The notes beneath the pieces are model-generated. The model did not search any database and was not told where the DNA came from. It worked only from the letters and a program-made list of their open reading frames with translations. 64,000 bases of DNA, from NCBI GenBank assembly GCA_000002435.2, contig CM018793.1; one strand, given 5' to 3'. Positions 58,962-64,000 of the stretch are shown here, piece by piece; positions within the stretch are counted from its first letter, which is position 1, and each line of letters begins with the position of its first letter. A program made the position numbers and the translations under genes. This DNA is from Giardia intestinalis. Taxonomy: Eukaryota.

Positions 58962-61085
58962 CTAGTCCAGTTTCCCCATAAAGTCTATAATGTTAATGCA
59001 CATACTCTCAAAGCAAACAATTGCAGATATCACAATAGCCGTTATAGCGATTGCCTTGCGCCTTTTGGTCATCTTTGCCAGCTCAGCTTCTCTGTTTATC
59101 GCGCCACAGATGTTCCCTATCTCTACCTGCTGCGCCTCTGCAACGGCAGGCATAATATCCGGTAGTCCACGCGCGCTGTCACTTTCTTCTTCTGTCGATT
59201 CGGTGTACTCTGCCCCAGCTTTGTTCTGAATCTTGTAGGAGCGTTCTCTCGTGCTCTCGCCTGCTCCATCGCGAAGTTCATCGTTCTGGGGGAGATTTGG
59301 TGTGTCATCGTACTTGCCGTCTATGCTATCGATGTCATGCGGTGTCTGACTGGTCGAGCCTCGGAAGCGTGAATTGACCAGTGAACTGTTGTTCCTGCTT
59401 TTTGTGACCATACTCGCTCGGCGGGAGCTGGCTTTGGGAGCCGAGATGTTGACGATGAAAGACGAGGTCCTGTCGCGACCACCCGTCAATGGAGCCCCCG
59501 TGTCAACTGTTGTAAGAGGAGGCAGAGTCGAACCTCGTGCCGCCTCGAAGTTTGTGGCGGCGCTGGAGAGCGTCCTCCCACGCATGAAACCAATGAGAGA
59601 TCCCGTGCGCATAACAGAAACCCCGCGGGAGCGATTGACGGTGACCTCCACCGCATTCACATCCACTGGTGCGGCTGTACTGATAGATCTTGCCCTGGTT
59701 ATGGCATCCTTGACGTCTCCTGGCAGCATAAGGGCCATCAAAGAAGTCCCAACAGCCTCTGTCTCAATAACGCCATTTTCATCAGCAGCTTCGCGAAACT
59801 CCTGACCGACATCGTTTTTTGACTCTACGCGAAGAATGGGGAGCTTGTAATATACCCAAATGGGGACCCCGAAATATAAGATGCCGCCACAGATAGACCC
59901 TAAAAGTCCAAATATGGCGGCAATATTTTCGTAAACTAACGCTACACCGAACCCGAAGATGACAAACGCAAGAGTTAAGCCTGCAAAGATGCCGTACCAA
60001 CGCTTGGGCTCGATGTCCTTATCAATCTTAATGTAGGAAAATATCGAGAGCTTTAGAGGATACAAAACTAGGGGATAGGCCACACAAACAACTAATGCGT
60101 AAAGAATCTTGATCACCACAATCCAATAATCACTGCAAATGTCAAATGACTTCAAAACGTTTGAATCTATAGTCTTCCCAAAGATTAGCGCACCAAAAAA
60201 TCCCACCAGACAATATAGAACTGTGCACAAAGACATGGCAATAATTATAGACAACTTTAGCACACGCATGCGAAGGTAAAGAGGGCCTTTTAACATGCTT
60301 AGCATTGGTGGGGTTACAAGCTGTGCTGTGTAGTTTCCTTGAAGCATGGGTATGTAGCTGAAGAAGAACAGGAACCCCATGGGCAGGGACCCGAGCCCCA
60401 ACCCCTTGCTCGGGGACGGCCACCAGGGGACCGCAGGGCGGAAGAAGCCCCCTGCCGTGCTGCCGTCGGTCGGCTTTGCCGAAGGAAAGCGAGGGCAGAC
60501 CTGCCCGTTGCGTCCGAGGGAGATGAAGTAGTATACAGGGATGGTGACGGCCATGCCCATCGCAAAGAAGATGGAGACAGACGCTATGGCAGAAAGCACC
60601 TTCGTGGACTTGAGGAGAGAAAGAGGAAGGATGATGAGGAAGGAGACGCCGGCTTTTATCACGTATGGTATCCACTTGTGTGAGTCGAACGAAGGAAGGA
60701 ACGACTGCAGAATCCCAATAACTGATTGGCTAGCAATGATGATGTAGCTCGTAAGAAAGCCAAAGTAGAGAACTATAAGCATTGCATCTAGAGTGTATGC
60801 GAACTTTGGCCCAATAACCTTTTGGGTTAGTGCCCGATAGGAGTAAGACCGCGTAAGGTAGCAAGCCTCTATATATCCAAGAATGAGATACAAAGAGATC
60901 CCCAGCGAAATAGGTATAATGAAGAACGTTAAGGTGAAACCAATCCTTGAGAAGATGTATGCAATAGACAAAAGCGAGGCCCCTACTATCTGAGACATTA
61001 ATGTGAAGGATGTTGATGTAGACGAGTTCTCTTCACTGTCCCTCTTTGCATCAGATTTGCCTCGGCTACGCTCATCGGGCGACAT
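58962..61085 (-). CDS. Amino-acid transporter-like polytopic membrane protein (AAAP/SLC38-type) with a large hydrophilic insert
   Basis: 707 aa. The N-terminal region FTLMSQIVGASLLSIAYIFSRIGFTLTFFIIPISLGISLYL resembles the Aa_trans start (FNLxNxIIGAGILxLPYAFxxxG). There are about 10-11 predicted TM helices, and a Ser/Thr/Arg-rich loop of about 200 aa in the middle. Confidence 0.6.
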   Translation of the reverse strand: MSPDERSRGKSDAKRDSEENSSTSTSFTLMSQIVGASLLSIAYIFSRIGFTLTFFIIPISLGISLYLILGYIEACYLTRSYSYRALTQKVIGPKFAYTLDAMLIVLYFGFLTSYIIIASQSVIGILQSFLPSFDSHKWIPYVIKAGVSFLIILPLSLLKSTKVLSAIASVSIFFAMGMAVTIPVYYFISLGRNGQVCPRFPSAKPTDGSTAGGFFRPAVPWWPSPSKGLGLGSLPMGFLFFFSYIPMLQGNYTAQLVTPPMLSMLKGPLYLRMRVLKLSIIIAMSLCTVLYCLVGFFGALIFGKTIDSNVLKSFDICSDYWIVVIKILYALVVCVAYPLVLYPLKLSIFSYIKIDKDIEPKRWYGIFAGLTLAFVIFGFGVALVYENIAAIFGLLGSICGGILYFGVPIWVYYKLPILRVESKNDVGQEFREAADENGVIETEAVGTSLMALMLPGDVKDAITRARSISTAAPVDVNAVEVTVNRSRGVSVMRTGSLIGFMRGRTLSSAATNFEAARGSTLPPLTTVDTGAPLTGGRDRTSSFIVNISAPKASSRRASMVTKSRNNSSLVNSRFRGSTSQTPHDIDSIDGKYDDTPNLPQNDELRDGAGESTRERSYKIQNKAGAEYTESTEEESDSARGLPDIMPAVAEAQQVEIGNICGAINREAELAKMTKRRKAIAITAIVISAIVCFESMCINIIDFMGKLD

Positions 61086-61217
61086 TTAATTTTTGCTTCA
61101 GCGTTTGTCTTTTGATGGAAAGAAGCGGTCTTAGTAATAACGGTATTACAGGAAAAGTTATGAATGTTGCTAATCTTCTGGAAGCTGTTGACCCTCGTTT
61201 ACAGGAAGCAGTAAATA

Positions 61218-61748
61218 ATGGCGCTGATATCATATCCGACAAAGGACACACTCTTCTTACTAGACGCTGGGATAGCGATAAACGCCATGGAGCAGCTACC
61301 GCCCAAAGTCTTTGTTAGAAAGATTGCAGAGGTGTTTCCCAGGTCGGCGGTGCTTCTTGGTCCCAGGCCTGCGGACAACGTGGCACGACTGGGAAGACTA
61401 TCCGAGAACATTCGGTCGTATATAGTTTGCACTCTGCTGTGCATGCAACGGTTGCATCAGCAGATTAGACGCCCAAATAGCATTTTAGACACAAGGAATT
61501 GCCGCAGAAGGCAGCTGGCAGAGAGCAGAGAAGCATTCTACGTGCTCCTAAGGATATACATAAAGCTTTATGAGCAACGAGATCTGCGGGCATCAATCTT
61601 CTCTGGGCTCTGTGACATGTCTCCTAGGGATCTAAATTTCCTCGAGATAGAGCTCCTTTGCATGTTGCACTTTTCACTAATAATCAGCACAGATGTATTC
61701 TTGACCGTGGTTTCTGACATCTGTAAAGGCAAAATGACTAAAATCTAA
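61218..61748 (+). CDS. PHO80-like (P/U-type) cyclin
   Basis: 176 aa. The cyclin-box-like C-terminal block is EAFYVLLRIYIKLYEQRDLRASIFSGLCDMSPRDLNFLEIELLCMLHFSLIISTDVF (compare the PHO80 cyclin motif WAKVGGxSxxELNxLExEFLxxLDFxLxV). The ATG at 61218 follows an A/T-rich leader. Confidence 0.5.
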   Translation: MALISYPTKDTLFLLDAGIAINAMEQLPPKVFVRKIAEVFPRSAVLLGPRPADNVARLGRLSENIRSYIVCTLLCMQRLHQQIRRPNSILDTRNCRRRQLAESREAFYVLLRIYIKLYEQRDLRASIFSGLCDMSPRDLNFLEIELLCMLHFSLIISTDVFLTVVSDICKGKMTKI

Positions 61749-61756
61749 ATTTTCTC

Positions 61757-62533
61757 ATGCGATGTGACTGGGAGGTCGTAAAGCGCTGCTTTGAAGCCCA
61801 ACCAAACTTTGCTGACTATATCCCATCCAAGAAAAATGGCCTGTTTCCTGTAGATGAGAATATGGTCTTTCGAGCTCTGAATTTGGTTGGGAGTCCGCGA
61901 AATGTGCGTATTATCATAGTGGGCCAGGACCCCTATCCTCGTGCAGAATCTGCCGTCGGCATCTCATTCTTAGACGGTGCAGTCGAAAGCTTTCAGAGTC
62001 CTCGGCTAGCTCCAAGTGTCAGGCACGTGCTGCAGGCCATCTTGGTTTCTCGCAAACTAATGGGCCCCCAGGACAGCGTTGATAAATTGCGTGCTGTCTT
62101 GAAGGACAACATCGGAGAAACGCAGACAGAATGGTTTACCTCCCTTGCTACGCGATGCGGTGTTCTGTGGCTTAACCGAAGCCTAACGTTCGGAGGAAAG
62201 GACCCAAAGACCTTGCAAGTGCACCTGACATTTTGGAAGCCTGTTATAGAGACCATTCTGGAGGAGGTTGTGCGAGCAAGGACAAGCAGCGGATTGATTG
62301 TTTTGCTCTGGGGCGCGAAAGCAGCTGATCTTAGGCCCGTCTTGGTAGGGCTTGCAAACAAGCATAAAAACTGCTCTATGAAGCTCCTTTTAAATGTCCA
62401 CCCTCTAGGCCACACCTTTCCCGGCGCAGGAGTATTTGAAGCAGTAAAAAAGGTCGAGGAGGAGCTCAAGATGGGTGTAACTGACTTTCTATCTGCGACG
62501 GTTTCTAAACATGACCACAGTGATGAATTGTGA
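61757..62533 (+). CDS. UNG: Uracil-DNA glycosylase (UNG, family 1)
   Basis: 258 aa. The water-activating loop is IIIVGQDPYPRAESAVGISFL (compare GQDPYH...AHGLCFS). Also matched are VLWLNRSLTF (VLLLNAVLTV), IVLLWGAKAA (VFLLWGSYAQ) and HPLGHTFPGAGVF (HPSPLSVYRGFFG). The start codon lies only 8 bp after the TAA of the upstream cyclin gene. Confidence 0.88.
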   Translation: MRCDWEVVKRCFEAQPNFADYIPSKKNGLFPVDENMVFRALNLVGSPRNVRIIIVGQDPYPRAESAVGISFLDGAVESFQSPRLAPSVRHVLQAILVSRKLMGPQDSVDKLRAVLKDNIGETQTEWFTSLATRCGVLWLNRSLTFGGKDPKTLQVHLTFWKPVIETILEEVVRARTSSGLIVLLWGAKAADLRPVLVGLANKHKNCSMKLLLNVHPLGHTFPGAGVFEAVKKVEEELKMGVTDFLSATVSKHDHSDEL

Positions 62534-62674
62534 TAAAACTGGCTCTTTCAAAAACCTTCAAATTAAAAACTATGATGAGGTTAGCGATCCCAAGCGGGGC
62601 CTGGCCCTGCGTTGCAGACAACGCATCACCGCTCTGACCTTTACTAAATGCTGAGTGTGGCTCTGAGGGCTTTT

Positions 62675-63544
62675 CTACTGGAACACACTCACAATGGTTC
62701 GATTGGCAAGGACAGCTGCAGATGGACATAACCCGCAAAGGATAGAGTCTAAATCTGTGCTACTTTGGGGACGAATCTCCTTACCCACCAAAACGTGGTT
62801 TGTCAGGCGTCGTGCACTACCCGATACCAGTGTGGTTTTGCAGGCACTCATATCCTTGATGGGACCGGGATGACACAGGACTGTATCAGCTACCTCTTCT
62901 GGGTGAGCCGAAGAAAGATCCAGTAAGTGAATTGCGGATGAGCTTGTTCCCGCCAATACCCCGCCCCAGGGAAGAGCTGCTAACCTCGTGACCGTCGTAC
63001 CCCTTGTCGGTGAATCAGCATAGCGCTTGAAGCGAAGCTCTAGGCATGGCGTTTTCCTCCCTATCCGAGCATCAACCACCGAGATAATGTCTTCACAGGC
63101 GGCGCATATGCACCCAAATGTCGGGAGCACAGCTGCATGTGATGAGCAGAGCCTGAAGTGCCTGGAAGCGTCAGAATAGATGGGCATAGTGTGCACAAAA
63201 ACATTCTTGCTGGGGTCATAGATTGTCACCATCCCTCGAGACGTGCTTGCTACCACGAGCTCATAAGCATTTGGGCCCATAGCATGCAAGGAGGTGAGAA
63301 ACGCGGAATCTAACTTCATAGATATTCTATCACCAATTGCTATCTCACCGTTTCTGAAGCTGCAGTACAGCTTGTGCCCCGCTGCCAAGGCTGTCACAGG
63401 CGCGTTTTGAAGACTGCATGAGACGATGATTCTAGTTTGCTGGGCGTTGCTTCCAGTTGTTGAAATGTGCGTCACGCTTCCGCTATATGATCCAATTGCA
63501 TACCCATCTTCGAATTCAACGAGACCGCACGGTGGCCTGCTCAT
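62675..63544 (-). CDS. Hypothetical protein, possibly WD40/beta-propeller-like (289 aa from the first ATG)
   Basis: The track ORF (to 63604) begins at a TTG. The first ATG is the complement of 63542-63544. Repeated strand-like segments (VTALAAGHKLYCSFRNGEIAI, MVTIYDPSKNVFVHT, AIHLLDLSS) suggest WD-like blades, but no clear WD dipeptides are present. Confidence 0.45.
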   Translation of the reverse strand: MSRPPCGLVEFEDGYAIGSYSGSVTHISTTGSNAQQTRIIVSCSLQNAPVTALAAGHKLYCSFRNGEIAIGDRISMKLDSAFLTSLHAMGPNAYELVVASTSRGMVTIYDPSKNVFVHTMPIYSDASRHFRLCSSHAAVLPTFGCICAACEDIISVVDARIGRKTPCLELRFKRYADSPTRGTTVTRLAALPWGGVLAGTSSSAIHLLDLSSAHPEEVADTVLCHPGPIKDMSACKTTLVSGSARRLTNHVLVGKEIRPQSSTDLDSILCGLCPSAAVLANRTIVSVFQ

Positions 63545-63779
63545 GCAAGGAATTTGGAGCGTCGCACTCAGCTTTCTATGCTGTGCAGTGGCCGGTAAGG
63601 GCAAATCCGTCGCCTGGAGAAGCTCAAACCAGCAGGAAAGATGTCGTGGGAACCCAGAGAGGTGCCGAATCGAGGCATCAAGGCCAGGACCGCGAACGTT
63701 ATAACCACTTGGTGGATCCAGCGATGGAATAAATTAGAAATTTACCTACTGCAAACCGTAACACACTAAGTGCAGAGAA

Positions 63780-64000
63780 TTAAAACTCATCTACGCTGCC
63801 CATGAGCTTTATGTTCTCGGCCGCTGTTCTCTTCCTTGAGACTATCTTCGATCCCCGCCGCCTCCGCAGGACGAGCCAGCATGCGAGGGCGACGGCCGCT
63901 ATGATGAGAAGAGAGACAACGACTGCCACAGTGACCGTCGTGGAGCTGGAGCTGGCCTTCCTGGTCTGAGAGACGCATGTGTCATCCTGGAGAATGTACC
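63780..64000 (-). CDS. 3' end (C-terminal ~73 codons) of a single-pass type-I membrane protein; gene body lies beyond the right edge
   Basis: The hand-translated minus-strand frame is open from the window edge to the TAA (complement of 63780-63782): ...YILQDDTCVSQTRKASSSSTTVTVAVVVSLLIIAAVALACWLVLRRRRGSKIVSRKRTAAENIKLMGSVDEF*. That is a Ser/Thr juxtamembrane stretch, a 23-aa TM helix and a basic cytoplasmic tail. It does not end in CRGKA, so it is not a canonical VSP. It could belong to a cysteine-rich surface-protein family, but too little sequence is present to say. Confidence 0.4.
   Translation of the reverse strand, partial: YILQDDTCVSQTRKASSSSTTVTVAVVVSLLIIAAVALACWLVLRRRRGSKIVSRKRTAAENIKLMGSVDEF

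Noticed and set aside
61046-61318. 90-aa ORF upstream of and overlapping the cyclin-like gene (possible alternative N-terminus or frameshift)
   Set aside because: It is in a different frame from the cyclin-box ORF, and it begins inside the 5' end of the divergent transporter gene. The ATG at 61218 has a proper A/T-rich leader. A sequencing frameshift joining the two cannot be excluded, but there is no positive evidence.
62690-62705. GGTTCGATT T-loop-like motif, a possible tRNA
   Set aside because: The flanking sequence cannot form the T-stem. No D-arm, anticodon arm or acceptor stem could be built. It lies at the 3' end of a CDS. No tRNA is called.

Overview
The window is eukaryotic, not prokaryotic. 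It contains long ORFs of up to 2607 aa with no intron interruptions, at about 50% GC. Genes sit on both strands, separated by very short intergenic spacers of 3–100 bp or by small tail-to-tail overlaps. A/T-rich initiator stretches lie directly upstream of the ATG codons. AGTRAAY-like polyadenylation motifs lie at or overlapping several stop codons, and all three standard stops are used. Two NEK-like kinases are present, one fused to C-terminal ankyrin repeats. Together this looks like a core chromosomal region of a diplomonad such as Giardia intestinalis; that assignment is inferred from these features, not from a database hit. About 33 protein-coding genes can be supported. The confident calls are FEN1 flap endonuclease, a family-1 uracil-DNA glycosylase, a NOP2/NSUN rRNA m5C methyltransferase, a TRM2/TrmA-type tRNA (uracil-5) methyltransferase, signal peptide peptidase and a CNOT4-type RING/RRM protein. 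Likely calls are ESF1, enkurin, an importin-beta family karyopherin, a Yip1 protein, an RBX1/APC11-type RING-H2 protein, an amino-acid transporter, a PHO80-like cyclin, a radial-spoke-head-like acidic protein, an OSTC/DC2-like small membrane protein, a divergent histone H3 variant (cenH3-like) and two NEK-family predicted pseudokinases. Several very large proteins (2406, 2607, 1456, 1133 and 1002 aa) have no recognisable function. I found no CRISPR array, restriction-modification or other prokaryote-style defence system, no rRNA or tRNA, and no retroelement. I re-checked ORF starts against the sequence and corrected several where the track began at TTG or GTG instead of ATG. The most notable items are: (1) a 433-bp array of about 5.5 perfect 78-bp tandem repeats inside a coding region; (2) the cenH3-like histone gene and its divergent promoter; (3) an OSTC/DC2-like gene in a lineage usually described as having a single-subunit OST; (4) two kinase genes whose catalytic residues are replaced; (5) two unusually long ORF-poor gaps that may hold ncRNAs; and (6) the extreme gene compaction, including an 8-bp spacer between same-strand genes, a 9-bp convergent CDS overlap, and polyA signals embedded in stop codons.
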